Source: an uncultured Chloroflexia bacterium
GTDB taxonomy: Bacteria; Chloroflexota; Limnocylindria; Limnocylindrales; CSP1-4
Direction of reading: 5' to 3'
Length of the DNA: 64,000 nt
Assembly (NCBI GenBank): GCA_963724095.1
Contig: CAVRTH010000001.1
Span: forward strand, 66,754 to 130,753
This document shows, piece after piece, positions 31,252 through 41,173 of this stretch; position 1 is the first letter of the stretch, and each line of letters opens with the position of its first letter. The translations under genes were made by a program, and so were the position numbers. The notes beneath the pieces were generated by a model. It was not told the origin of the DNA and made no database searches. It saw nothing but the letters and a program-made list of their open reading frames with translations.

Positions 31252-32394
31252 TCACTTCGCCAGCAGGCGGCCACGGAGTGCCTCGTCCTGGCTCGCGTCG
31301 ATGCAGACCAGGGCCATGGCCAGGGCACCGTCGAAGATGGCCCTGTCGGCAGACGGCGCGGCACAGGCATCGGCGAATTCAGCCTGGTGGTTGACGGCAC
31401 CGTTGGTCTCGATGCCGAGCATGGGGTGGATCGAGGGCACCTCATGTGAGACGTTGCCCATGTCCGTTGACACCGGCGACGACTCCGGCACGAAGGTGCG
31501 GCCGATCGACTCGGCATGCCGGGCGTAGAGCGAGGCCAGCTCCCGATCGTGGCGCATGTCCTTGTAGGCCACGTCCAGCTCGAGTTCGAGCGCCGCACCG
31601 GTCGCCAGCGCGCCAGCCTCGAAACAGTTGCGCACCAGCTGCACGAGTTCGTCGAGACGCTCGGTGGTCCCGGCACGGACCATGTACTCGGCCGTGGTCA
31701 GCTCCGGGATGATGTTGGAGGCGTCGCCGCCCTTGGTGATGAAGCCGTGGATGCGGTCGGTGGGGAGGATCTGCTGACGCAACAACCCGATGGCCGTTTG
31801 GGCGATGACCATGGCGTCAGCTGCATTGATGCCCAGCCAGGGAAAGCCGGAGGCATGGGCCGCCCGGCCACGGTAGGTGACCCGCAGCTGCTGCACGGCG
31901 ATGATGGCCGGCTCGGCGACATCGTCGGGAAACGGGTGCACCATCATCGAGGCGTGGACGTCATCGAAGAAGCCGCCCTCGATGAAGCCGATCTTGCCAC
32001 CACCGCCCTCCTCCGCTGGTGTGCCAAGGACGCTGATCTTGAGTCCGAGTTCGTCGGCGAGCGGCGCCAGTGCCAGGGCGGCACCGAGGGCCGCAGTGCA
32101 GATGACGTTGTGCCCGCAGGCGTGCCCGACTGATGGCAAAGCGTCGTACTCGGCGCAGATGGCGATGTGTAGCGGCCCACTGCCGATGCCGGCCACGAAG
32201 GCCGTCGGCATCTCGCCGTACCCGCGCTGCACGTCGAATCCGGCTCGCTCGAGCACGTCCGTCAGCCAGGCGGTGGCCTGCACCTCCTGGTAGCCCAGCT
32301 CGGGGTTCTGGTAGATGCGATGCGACAGCTCGACGAGCTCGGGATGGGCAGCTTCGAGCGCAGCGCGGGCGGTCCCATAGGCGTCACTGGTCAT
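31252..32394 (-). CDS. M20-family amidohydrolase (aminoacylase/hippurate-hydrolase type)
   Basis: 380 aa with ..YDALPSVGHACGHNV.., GTPAEEGGGGK, ..MVHP... Confidence 0.85.
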   Translation of the reverse strand: MTSDAYGTARAALEAAHPELVELSHRIYQNPELGYQEVQATAWLTDVLERAGFDVQRGYGEMPTAFVAGIGSGPLHIAICAEYDALPSVGHACGHNVICTAALGAALALAPLADELGLKISVLGTPAEEGGGGKIGFIEGGFFDDVHASMMVHPFPDDVAEPAIIAVQQLRVTYRGRAAHASGFPWLGINAADAMVIAQTAIGLLRQQILPTDRIHGFITKGGDASNIIPELTTAEYMVRAGTTERLDELVQLVRNCFEAGALATGAALELELDVAYKDMRHDRELASLYARHAESIGRTFVPESSPVSTDMGNVSHEVPSIHPMLGIETNGAVNHQAEFADACAAPSADRAIFDGALAMALVCIDASQDEALRGRLLAK

Positions 32395-32444
32395 GCCACC
32401 GAGTCTACGCCCGCCGAGCCTGGGGGCGCGGGCTTCTGCCCCGG

Positions 32445-33293
32445 CTAGAAGCCGGTGGTGGTCCCGTTGCGAGGGCTGTTGGCACTGCTGCGAACAGGAC
32501 TGCCGTACCCACGGGCGGTCGTCGCGACCCGCGGAGCGACCCGCATGTGCAGCGTCTCGGCACGCAGCGTCTCAGCCACCGATGAGCGAACGCTCGAGGC
32601 TTCCATCGAAGATGGGGAGGTCGTAGCGGGAGAGGTCGCTGTACCCGCGGTGCCAGTCACGGCCACGGCGCTGGACCTGGCGCTGGACGAAGGGGTGACC
32701 CTGGGCGCGGGTTTGGTCGCCGGCGTGGACGGGTCCGCGGGCGTGGTGACCTCCGTCTTGACTTCTGACCGGCTCTCGCCGCCACGCAGGGAGGCACTGC
32801 CACGAATGGTCTCTGAGGCATCCTTGGGCGGCTCGGAGAGCATGTGCATCTCGCCCTCGACCGAGGCACCCTCATGGAGCATCAACCTGTAGGTCTCGAC
32901 GCGGCCGTTGATGCGCCCGCTCGGACGCGCCTCCAGGCGTTCACGACAGGTGAGGTTACCGGTGAACTCGCCGGCGATGATGGCCTCGTCGACGATGACG
33001 TCGGCATCGACGCTGGCACCGTCCTCGATCCTGACCTGCACGGCCTCGATGCGGCCCTTCACCGATCCCATCACGACGACGGTGCCGCGGGAGGTGAAGG
33101 TGCCTTCAAGATGGTCATCCTTGGCGATGACCGAGTCGTCGGAGCCGGGTCCAGCTTCTTCGGCGACGGGCTCGGATGTGGTCGTGGCGTATGCCGGCAT
33201 CACGGGTTTGGCCGGCTGCGGGGGCAGCTCGCGCATACCGATCGGGGCTGGGGACTGATCGGCAGCAGGCTGATCCGCGGACTGACTGAACAT
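32445..33293 (-). CDS. Bactofilin-family polymer-forming cytoskeletal protein with long disordered tails
   Basis: The ATG at 33293 follows AGGAGG. The beta-helical core is IAKDDHLEGTFTSRGTVVVMGSVKGRIEAVQVRIEDGASVDADVIVDEAIIAGEFTGNL..INGRVETYRLMLHEGASVEGEMH. The C-terminal tail is Ser/Thr/Pro/Ala-rich. Confidence 0.75.
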   Translation of the reverse strand: MFSQSADQPAADQSPAPIGMRELPPQPAKPVMPAYATTTSEPVAEEAGPGSDDSVIAKDDHLEGTFTSRGTVVVMGSVKGRIEAVQVRIEDGASVDADVIVDEAIIAGEFTGNLTCRERLEARPSGRINGRVETYRLMLHEGASVEGEMHMLSEPPKDASETIRGSASLRGGESRSEVKTEVTTPADPSTPATKPAPRVTPSSSARSSAVAVTGTAGTATSPATTSPSSMEASSVRSSVAETLRAETLHMRVAPRVATTARGYGSPVRSSANSPRNGTTTGF

Positions 33294-33560
33294 GGTTCCT
33301 CCTGGAAGTAGGAACGACAGTGTATGTGGCCGCATCGCCGTTTCCAGGTGCCTACAGCGGACGTTCCCGGGCAAGTGGTGCGCTGACGCCACACTTGTAT
33401 CTCCGCACTGCCCCTCTGCGCCCCTGAGCGGCCCGGGCTGTACCGGGTTGCTCGCGGGCTGCTACGCTCGCGTGAAGAGTCGGCCAATCCAGGCCACGTC
33501 CCGCCTCGGTCCACGGAGACGAGGTGGGGCCAGGTGATGAAAGGAAGAGTGGGAGACGGA

Positions 33561-34063
33561 ATGAAACGACCTATCGGAGTGGTTCTCCTCGCCGCAGGCG
33601 CGGGGCTCCTCGTCCTGTACAACCTCTACAAGGTGCTCCTGTACCTGGGCGTCCTCAACTTCCCTGTCGGCAACCACGAGCTCTCGTTCGCCGGCAACGC
33701 CCAGTGGGGCGCCGCCCTGTGGGCCTTGCTCATCGCGGCGATCTGGGCGTGGGTGGCACTCGGCTTCTGGAATGTGCGGGCCTACGCCGCCCAGTTCGGC
33801 ATCTTCATCAGCCTCTTCACGCTGATCTGGGGCTTCTTCGCCCTGCTGTTCGGCTCGAGCGTCGACGCTGAGACGATCCGTGGCTGCTGGCCGGCGCCAT
33901 CTACCTGTACCTAAGCTGGCCTGGCGTTCAGCAGCACTTCATCGAGAACGAGAAGTCGCGGCTCACGCCGGAGCAGATCGCCGCCATGGAGCAGCTGCAA
34001 GCCGCCAACATCGCGGCCAACGCCAAGCCCGCGCCGGGGATGGGGTCAACCGATACCAACTAG
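33561..34063 (+). CDS. Small membrane protein, -1 frameshift as assembled
   Basis: MKRPIGVVLLAAGAGLLVLY.. (RBS GGGAGA). After ..SSVDAETI (~33879) the hydrophobic reading continues in the adjacent frame: WLLAGAIYLYLSWPGVQQHFIENEKSRLTPEQIAAMEQL.., to a TAG at 34061-34063. The span is 503 nt (3n-1). Confidence 0.55.
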
Positions 34064-34195
34064 GAACCGACACATGAACCGACCGAGGTGAAAGTGCGGA
34101 CCAGCTAGCGCCGGAACGCCGCCCACGATCGAGCCGAGCGGGCCTATGGCAGTTTGCCTGGGCCCGTTCTTCTTGTGCCTCGCCTTCAGTCGTGC

Positions 34196-35032
34196 CTACC
34201 CGCCGAGCGCGGCGACCATCACCTCGAGGGGAGCGTCCTGGCCGGTCCAGGCCTTGAAGCCCGCCGCCCCCTGGCGTGCCAGCATTCCCAGCCCATCGAG
34301 CGTGCGGTAGCCCTGTGCCCGCGCCAGCCGCAGGAAGGCGGTGTCCGATCGCTCCGGGTTGAGGTCACACACGACGCTCCCGGGCGCCAGCGCGGCGAGA
34401 TCGACATCGACATGCTGCTCGGCGGCAGCGCCGGTGCCCATGCCAACGGGCGTGCAATCCACGAGCACATCGCATGGGGGCACCACGAGTGTCCCCTCCC
34501 AGGCCAGCGAGATCGCCTCCACCAGGGTCTTGTCACGCAGGATGGCCACCAGATCGTCGCGCTTGGGCGCGGTCCGATTGGCGACCGTGACCCGCTTGGC
34601 ACCGGCCAGTGCCAGCTCCACGGACACTGCCCGGGCGGCGCCGCCTGCGCCCAGCAACACGACGTCGAGACCCGCCGGGTCCAGGCCCGCGTCGCGCAGG
34701 GACCAGACGAAGCCCGAGCCGTCGGTGTTGGAGCCGATGAACCGGCCGTCGGGTTGGCGCACGACGGTATTGCAGGCACCGCTGATCTCCGCCGAGGGCT
34801 CGAGACCGTCCAGCAGGGGGATGACCGCCACCTTGTGCGGCAACGTCAAGTTCAGGCCGCCGAAGCGAAGGACCCGGGCGGCCGCGATGGCGGCCTCGAG
34901 CTGGGTGGCAGGGACGGTGATGTCGAGATAGCGCCAGTCGAGACCCTCATGCTCGAAAGCAGCGTTCTGCATGATCGACGTGGGATTGCCCTCCACGGGA
35001 TCACCGAAGACCGCAACGTACTGCGTGACCAT
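34196..35032 (-). CDS. Shikimate/quinate 5-dehydrogenase-family NAD(P) oxidoreductase
   Basis: From MVTQYVAVFGDPV..S..P.MQNAAF.., LNLTLPHK, NTDGSGF, LLGAGGAARAV. The start is 1 nt after the rbsD stop. Confidence 0.8.
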   Translation of the reverse strand: MVTQYVAVFGDPVEGNPTSIMQNAAFEHEGLDWRYLDITVPATQLEAAIAAARVLRFGGLNLTLPHKVAVIPLLDGLEPSAEISGACNTVVRQPDGRFIGSNTDGSGFVWSLRDAGLDPAGLDVVLLGAGGAARAVSVELALAGAKRVTVANRTAPKRDDLVAILRDKTLVEAISLAWEGTLVVPPCDVLVDCTPVGMGTGAAAEQHVDVDLAALAPGSVVCDLNPERSDTAFLRLARAQGYRTLDGLGMLARQGAAGFKAWTGQDAPLEVMVAALGG

Positions 35033-35033
35033 G

Positions 35034-35414
35034 CTAAAAGGGCACGCCGCAGACGACGATGACGTTGCTATAGGGCGTGAACTCACCGGTGCGCACCACG
35101 AACTTGGCGCCATAGGTGCGGTCCTTGAGCTCATCGTGCGGGATGCGCTCCGCCTCGCCGACCAGCTTCTCGATGGAACTCGCGACCTCCGCGCTGGCCT
35201 CCTCGGCGACGACGGCACCCTCGGCCACGACCTCGTTCATGATCGCCTCCAGGACATCGAGGAAGGGGGCCATGCCGGGCCGGTAGGCGAGATCGATGCG
35301 AGGTAGGCCATCGGGGATGGGAAAGCCGCCGTCGCAGACGACGAACTCGTCGGTGTGGCCCAGCTCGGCGATAGCTGCCAGCAGGTCGGGGTTCAGCAGT
35401 CCGGACTTCTTCAT
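35034..35414 (-). CDS. rbsD: D-ribose pyranase (RbsD/FucU mutarotase family)
   Basis: MKKSGLLNPDLLAAIAELGHTDEFVVCDGGFPIP..RIDLA..SNVIVVCGVPF is colinear with E. coli RbsD. Confidence 0.85.
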   Translation of the reverse strand: MKKSGLLNPDLLAAIAELGHTDEFVVCDGGFPIPDGLPRIDLAYRPGMAPFLDVLEAIMNEVVAEGAVVAEEASAEVASSIEKLVGEAERIPHDELKDRTYGAKFVVRTGEFTPYSNVIVVCGVPF

Positions 35415-35731
35415 GGTGCGTCTTCTCCTCGGCGGTGTCGGTGGTGGTCACACACTACGACCGCGCCCGGGGCGGCGTCGATCTGTCCCGCAGCCGGCCG
35501 CCAGTGACAGACAGAGGTCCAGCGTGCCTTGGCGCGCCTGGCGCGCAGCGGCTCCTTGGCCATTCAGAGGAGCCGCGCACCGCCCGGGGCGCGGTGCCAT
35601 CATCGGTTGCGCCCGAGTCTTGGACGAATGCGTGTCTCAGTCGTGGCGACGCGCGCCCGGCGAGCCGGGCCGCGCCGTGACACGAGTCTCGACGCTGAGG
35701 CGCCCGCAGACGCGGACTGGGAGGAAGCATC

Positions 35732-37216
35732 ATGTCCACTGAACCGATGGTCCTGGCCATCGACCAAGGCACTACCAACACGAAGGCCATCCTCGTCGAT
35801 CGAGCTGGTGTCGTGCGGGGCATGTCGTCACGCCCGGTAGATATCGAGTTCCCGCGCTCGGCGTGGGTGCAGCAGGACGCGGAGTCCATCTGGCAGAGCG
35901 TCCGCGAGGCGATCGACGAGTGCCTGGTCACGGCGGGGTCGCCGAAGGTGGCGGCCGTGGGCGTGTCGAATCAGCGTGAGTCCGGCCTGGGCTGGGATGC
36001 GGCGACGGGCAAACCCATCGGGCCTGTCGTCACGTGGCAGTGCCGTCGCTCCGCCGCATTCTGCGAGCAGCTGCGCTCCAGTGGCCTCGAGGATGACATC
36101 CGCGAGCGGACTGGGCTGCCCATCGACCCGATGTTCACCGGCTCCAAGATCAGGTGGCTGCTGGACGATACGCCCGATGGCCACGCGAGGGCCCTGGAGG
36201 GCAAGATCCGCGTCGGTACCGTGGATAGCTGGCTGTTGTGGTGCCTGACGGGAGGCACGCACCATCGAACTGATGTGAGCAATGCCTCACGTACCCAGCT
36301 GCTGAACATCTCCGAGCGGCGCTGGGACCCTGTCCTGCTCGAGTACTTCGGTGTGCCCGAGGCCGCGCTGCCCGAGATCCTGCCCTCGAGCGCGGTGTTC
36401 GGCGAGACGGTCGCCCTCGGCTCCCTGCCAGCCGGCATCCCCATCGCCTCCCTGATCGGCGATTCCCATGCCGCGCTCTTCGGGCACGCCGGTTTCGCGG
36501 CAGGCTCGGTGAAGGCGACCTACGGGACGGGCAGCTCGTTGATGACGCCGACCGCCCAGCGGGTCGGCAGCGACAGTGGCCTGGCCTCGACCATCGCCTG
36601 GGGCCTGGGTTCGACCGTCTATGCGCTGGAAGGGAACATCTATGTGACCGGCGCGGCCGTACAGTGGATGGCTGACTTCATCGGGCTGGAGGGACCGGGC
36701 AAGGTCGCGGAGCTGGCCGAGACCGTGACCGATACCGAAGGCGTGTATCTGGTACCGGCATTCGTGGGCCTCGGTGCCCCACACTGGGACGACAGTGCAC
36801 GCGGCATGCTCACCGGGCTGACCCGCAGCTCCAACCTTGCACAGGCCGCGCGCGCGGTGATCGAGTCGATCGCCTACCAGGTGCGGGACGTCTTCGACGA
36901 GATGCAGTCCGCCACAGGTGGGGCGCTGCGCGTGCTGATGGCCGACGGGGGAGTAACGCGCAACACCCAGCTGATGCAGTTCCAGGCGGACATCCTGGGC
37001 GTCCCGGTACAGCGCAACAACACGCCCGAGCTCTCCGCCATGGGCGCCGCCTACCTGGCCGGCCTGTCTGTTGGCATGTGGCCCTCGACCAAGGCCATCG
37101 AAGCGCTGCCCAGGTCTATCGATCGCTTCGAGCCTCGTATCGATGACGCTGAACGTGACCGCCTCTACGGCGGCTGGCATGAGGCCGTAGCCCGCACCAT
37201 GTTCAAGCCCTCATGA
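35732..37216 (+). CDS. FGGY-family carbohydrate kinase (glycerol-kinase-like)
   Basis: LAIDQGTTNTKAILVD.., ..NQRESGLGWD.., VTWQCRR.., ..GDSHAALFG.., GGVTRN. 494 aa. The substrate cannot be determined from the sequence. Confidence 0.85.
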   Translation: MSTEPMVLAIDQGTTNTKAILVDRAGVVRGMSSRPVDIEFPRSAWVQQDAESIWQSVREAIDECLVTAGSPKVAAVGVSNQRESGLGWDAATGKPIGPVVTWQCRRSAAFCEQLRSSGLEDDIRERTGLPIDPMFTGSKIRWLLDDTPDGHARALEGKIRVGTVDSWLLWCLTGGTHHRTDVSNASRTQLLNISERRWDPVLLEYFGVPEAALPEILPSSAVFGETVALGSLPAGIPIASLIGDSHAALFGHAGFAAGSVKATYGTGSSLMTPTAQRVGSDSGLASTIAWGLGSTVYALEGNIYVTGAAVQWMADFIGLEGPGKVAELAETVTDTEGVYLVPAFVGLGAPHWDDSARGMLTGLTRSSNLAQAARAVIESIAYQVRDVFDEMQSATGGALRVLMADGGVTRNTQLMQFQADILGVPVQRNNTPELSAMGAAYLAGLSVGMWPSTKAIEALPRSIDRFEPRIDDAERDRLYGGWHEAVARTMFKPS

Positions 37217-37228
37217 GCACACCGGTGA

Positions 37229-37426
37229 TGCCAAGTTCCCGACCGCTGCCTTCTACATCGAGACCACGATCAAGCAGGACGACGGCATCGGAGTCCGGTC
37301 GTGGAGCAAATCACCCCTGGCTCTCCCGACGATGTCGCTGGGCTCGTGCTCTTCCTCGCCTCGGATGAGGCCTCATACATCACCGGCCAGACCATCAACG
37401 TGGACGGCGGCCTGATCATGTCCTGA
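37229..37426 (+). pseudogene. C-terminal remnant of a short-chain dehydrogenase/reductase (SDR)
   Basis: ..[36 protein letters not shown] (stop 37424-37426) is the canonical SDR C-terminus. No Rossmann N-terminal part and no start codon lie upstream. The left boundary is approximate. Confidence 0.6.
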
Positions 37427-37535
37427 ACCCCACGGACCGGGGATCGGGGGGCTCGCCCCCTGCCCCAGCGCTGTGCCCTGACCGTGGCCGATCTCGTGTC
37501 AGCCACGGTCTTTCCTTGTCACAGACAGTTGACAA

Positions 37536-37573
37536 CATACGTATGCCTCCGATACCGTATGACTCCCCATACG
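37536..37573. promoter_or_regulatory. Palindromic CATACG/CGTATG sites (candidate operator) next to TTGACA
   Basis: CATACGTATG (37536-37545, a perfect palindrome) and CGTATG-N6-CATACG (37556-37573), just downstream of TTGACA (37529-37534). They sit in the AT-rich gap upstream of the transketolase operon. Confidence 0.4.
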
Positions 37574-37690
37574 ATGGTGAATAGCCATGCAGTGGGATAT
37601 CTACGCACCCTCCCGGGTCTGCAGCCGGCCCGGGGCAGGGCAGGTGTCGCGTGCACCTTCACGATCAGGACCGCAGGCAAGGAACGATCA

Positions 37691-38533
37691 GTGCAAACAC
37701 CAACGGCTGACATGGCAGCACAGCTCCGACAACGGGCCGTCGACGTCCGGTTGCGCGACCTCAAGATGGTCCACGAGGCCGGACTGGGCCACCTCGGGGG
37801 CGAGTTCTCCGCGATCGACATCCTCGTCACGCTGTTCTTCGGCGGCGTGCTCCGCTATGACCCTGACGATCCCGCCGATCCCGAGCGCGACCGCTTCGTC
37901 CTCTCGAAGGGCCACTCGGCCGCGGCGCTCTACACGACACTGGCGATGGCGGGCTACTTCGATCCCGCCGAACTCGACACCTTCCTGAAGCCCATGTCTC
38001 GTCTCAACGGCCACCCGGACCACAACAAGGTTCCCGGCGTCGAGACCAATACCGGCCCTCTCGGACATGGGTTCCCGGTGGCAGTCGGCATCGCCCTCTC
38101 CGGTCAGATGGACGAGGCTGATCGGCGAACGTTCGTGCTGACCGGCGACGGTGAGCTGCAGGAAGGCTCGATGTGGGAAGCGGCCATGTCTGCCGGCCAC
38201 TTCGGGCTGGACAAGCTCACCTGCATCGTCGACCGCAACCGACTGCAACAAGGCGACCGTACCGAAACCACGATGGGCCTCGATCCCCTGCCGGCGAAGT
38301 TCGCGGCGTTCGGCTGGGCCGTGCGCGAGACGGACGGCAATGACCCGGCGGCGCTGCTCGAGACCTTCGCTGCCCTCCCCTTCGAGGCGGGCAAGCCCAG
38401 CTGCATCATCGCCAACACCACCAAGGGCCGCGGCATCTCCTTCATCGAGGACCGCAAGGAGTGGCACCATCGCATCCCGACCGCGGAGGAGTACGCGCAG
38501 GCGGTGGCTGAGCTGGAAGGAAGCAGGGCATGA
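37691..38533 (+). CDS. Transketolase, N-terminal (TPP/PP-domain) subunit
   Basis: ..AGLGHLGGEFSAIDIL.., SKGHSAAALY, ..GHGFPVAVG.., LTGDGELQEGSMWEA, DRNRLQ. The start is GTG 37691 (after AAGGA) or ATG 37712. Confidence 0.88.
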   Translation: MQTPTADMAAQLRQRAVDVRLRDLKMVHEAGLGHLGGEFSAIDILVTLFFGGVLRYDPDDPADPERDRFVLSKGHSAAALYTTLAMAGYFDPAELDTFLKPMSRLNGHPDHNKVPGVETNTGPLGHGFPVAVGIALSGQMDEADRRTFVLTGDGELQEGSMWEAAMSAGHFGLDKLTCIVDRNRLQQGDRTETTMGLDPLPAKFAAFGWAVRETDGNDPAALLETFAALPFEAGKPSCIIANTTKGRGISFIEDRKEWHHRIPTAEEYAQAVAELEGSRA

Positions 38534-39478
38534 CTGCCCCAGCCAACACCCAGCTGTACGACTGCCGCGACGCCTTCGTCGACACGCTCGTCGAGCTGGC
38601 GCAGGCCGACCCCCGCGTCGTCGCGGTGGTCAATGACTCTGCCGGCTCGACCAAGGTCTCCAGGCTCGGCGCCGTCCTGCCCGAGCGCGTCATCAACGTC
38701 GGCATCGCCGAGCAGAACATGGTGGGCATCGGCGCCGGCCTCGCCAACGGAGGCAGAGATCCCCTTCGTCTCGGGTGCTACGCCGTTCCTCACCGCCCGT
38801 GCGCTCGAGCAGATCAAGGTCGATGCTGCCTATACCGGCGCCAATGTCAAGCTCGTCGGTGTCAGCAGTGGCGTGGCCTACGGCGAGCTGGGGCCGACGC
38901 ACCATTCCATCGAGGACATCGCCTGGCTGCGCGCCATCGACCGACTGGTGGTCATCGTGCCAGCTGACCCGGTCGAGACTGCCGCGGCCATCCGTGCCGC
39001 CTACGCCTATGTGGGACCCGTCTTCATCCGCACCAGTCGCATCGGCGTCCCAATCATCCACCCGCTCGACTACCGCTTCGAGATCGGCAAAGCGGCTCGA
39101 CTGCGCGAGGGCACCGATGTGACCCTCATCGCCAACGGCGTCATGGTGACCCGTGCCCTTGACGCAGCCGCCACGTTGGCCAGCGAGGGCATCGAGGCGC
39201 GCGTGCTGAACATGGCCACCGCTTCGCCCATCGACCGCGAGGCCATCATCGCCGCCGCGCGGGAGACCGGCGCCATCGTCACGGCTGAAGAGCACATCGT
39301 GCGCGGCGGCCTCGGCAGCGCCGTGGCGGAGGTCGTCGTCACCGAGGTACCGGTGCCCATGCGCATCCTGGGCTTCGCCGGCTTCTGCCCCACGGGCTCA
39401 GCAGCGTTCCTGTTGGAACAGGCGGGTCTGACGGCCGAGGGCATCGCTGCCGCCGCCCGCGAGGTGATCGCGAGCTGA
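38530..39478 (+). CDS. Transketolase, C-terminal (Pyr + C-domain) subunit, +1 frameshift as assembled
   Basis: Track 38530..38967 gives ..INVGIAEQNMVGIGAGLANGG. The reading then continues in track frame 38633..39478: IPFVSGATPFLTARALEQIK..GPTHHSIEDIAWLRAI... There is an extra base at ~38759 (AGA-G-ATC). The span is 949 nt (3n+1). The ATGA start overlaps the upstream stop. Confidence 0.82.
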
Positions 39479-39479
39479 C

Positions 39480-40484
39480 ATGGGACGGGCCGACGAGCTG
39501 CGCCTGATGACCCGCGTCGCGCGGCTCTACTACGACGTGGGCATGAAGCAACCAGAGATCGCGTCACGTCTGCGCCTGTCCCAGCCCAAGGTCTCACGCC
39601 TGCTCAGGGGCGCCCAGGAGGAGGGCATCGTGCGCATCTCCGTGCGCGCCCCGAGCGGTACCAACCCGGAGTTGGAGGAGGCGCTCGAGGCGCGCTTCGG
39701 CCTCGCCGAGGCCGAGGTCGTTGATATCTCCCGCGACGACGACAGCACCGCAGTGCGTGAACTCGGTGCTGCCGCCGCCTTCCACCTCGAGTCCAGCGTC
39801 CGCTCCGGCGACGTCATCGGCGTGAGCTCCTGGAGCGCATCGCTGCTGGCCATGGTCGAGGCCATGCACCCGGTCAGCGGCGTACGCGACGCGCGAGTCG
39901 TCCAGATCCTGGGCGGTGGGGGCGACCCGGCCGCCGAGGGCCATGCCACCCATCTCGTGCGCCGCCTGGCCTATCTGCTCCATGGCGAGGGCACGTTCCT
40001 GCCCGCACCCAGCAGCGTCGGCTCGGCGGAAGCTCGCCGGGTCCTGCTGGAGGACCCCTTCGTGCAACGTGCCATCGCGCTGTTCGACCAGCTGGACGTG
40101 GCGCTGGTCGGCATCGGCGGGCAGGAACCGTCCGGCCTGCTCGCCAGCAGCGGCAACGTCTTCTCGCCGCAGGAACTGCAGACCGTGCGTGACGCCGGCG
40201 GTGTCGGCGACATCGGGCTGCGCTTCCTGCGTTCCGATGGGCGGCCGGTGGAAACGGCACTCGACGAGCGTGTCATCGGCATCGAACTGGAGCAGCTCAG
40301 GCGCGTGCCACGCGCCATCGCCGTGGCCGGCGGACCCAGCAAGACCCAGGCAGTCCAGGCGGCCCTCATCGGAGGCTGGATCAACTGCCTCATCACCGAT
40401 ACCTACACGGCTGAACGGCTGCTGGCGGCGGAGCGCTCGGGCGCACATGAACAAGAGCAACTGACAGGAGCAGAGGTGGCATGA
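39480..40484 (+). CDS. SorC/DeoR-type sugar-binding transcriptional regulator
   Basis: LMTRVARLYYDVGMKQPEIASRLRLSQPKVSRLLRGAQEEGIVRISV plus a sugar-phosphate-binding C-domain (..VGIGG.., ..AVAGG..K..A). Confidence 0.85.
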   Translation: MGRADELRLMTRVARLYYDVGMKQPEIASRLRLSQPKVSRLLRGAQEEGIVRISVRAPSGTNPELEEALEARFGLAEAEVVDISRDDDSTAVRELGAAAAFHLESSVRSGDVIGVSSWSASLLAMVEAMHPVSGVRDARVVQILGGGGDPAAEGHATHLVRRLAYLLHGEGTFLPAPSSVGSAEARRVLLEDPFVQRAIALFDQLDVALVGIGGQEPSGLLASSGNVFSPQELQTVRDAGGVGDIGLRFLRSDGRPVETALDERVIGIELEQLRRVPRAIAVAGGPSKTQAVQAALIGGWINCLITDTYTAERLLAAERSGAHEQEQLTGAEVA

Positions 40485-41173
40485 AGGAGAAGGTCAGTCC
40501 GGGCATGGCCGTCGCGATCGGCGCCATCGCGGTGTTCGCCGTCGTGGCGCTCTTGTTCGGCTTCACCGTCGTCTCCACTGACGAGGAAGCGTCGCTGACC
40601 ACCCAGTTCGACCCAGCCGCCTACGTGGCGGAGAACTGGGACACGATCAAGCTCGCTATCGAGGACAACGCCGTGCCCCTGGCGGACGTGCTCAATCGGA
40701 TCCAGCCCGACGCCGAGGGCATGATCGCCACCGAAGACCTGACGCCGATCGCCCAGGAGCTGGGCCTCATCACCACCGGCGACGCCCACGTCTACCGCGT
40801 CAAAGGTAGCGGCACGGTGACCGACGTCGACACGACGTCGAGCAAGGGCACCATCGGCTTCGACGTGGAGGGCTACGACGGCCCCATCAAGGTGCGGGCC
40901 TACATCGGCACGCGCATCCCCAGTGATGAGTCCTCCATCCGTGACGCGACCGGCTTCATCGAGTTCGGGGACTTCCGCGATCAGACGGAGTTCGGCAAGG
41001 TCGCCAAGGAGATCAACTCCAAGGTCGTGGAGGGCCTGGCCGATCTCGACACGGCTGACCTCACAGGCAAGACCATCGACTTCGTCGGCGCCATGACCAT
41101 GCGCACGTTCAACCAGCCCAGCATCGACGTCAGCGAGTTGCAGCTGGTGCCCATCGAGATCAGCCAGCGATGA
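40481..41173 (+). CDS. DUF2291-like membrane-anchored protein (ABC-transporter associated)
   Basis: An N-terminal anchor followed by a ~200-aa soluble domain. ATGA overlaps on both sides (with sorC and the ABC ATPase). Confidence 0.55.
   Translation: MKEKVSPGMAVAIGAIAVFAVVALLFGFTVVSTDEEASLTTQFDPAAYVAENWDTIKLAIEDNAVPLADVLNRIQPDAEGMIATEDLTPIAQELGLITTGDAHVYRVKGSGTVTDVDTTSSKGTIGFDVEGYDGPIKVRAYIGTRIPSDESSIRDATGFIEFGDFRDQTEFGKVAKEINSKVVEGLADLDTADLTGKTIDFVGAMTMRTFNQPSIDVSELQLVPIEISQR

Noticed and set aside
35494-35504. GTGACAGACAG, shared (10 of 11 positions) with 37518-37528, as an independent regulatory motif.
   Set aside because: Matches of this length are expected by chance in 64 kb. It is kept only as a side note to the operator finding because both copies fall in promoter regions of the same cluster.
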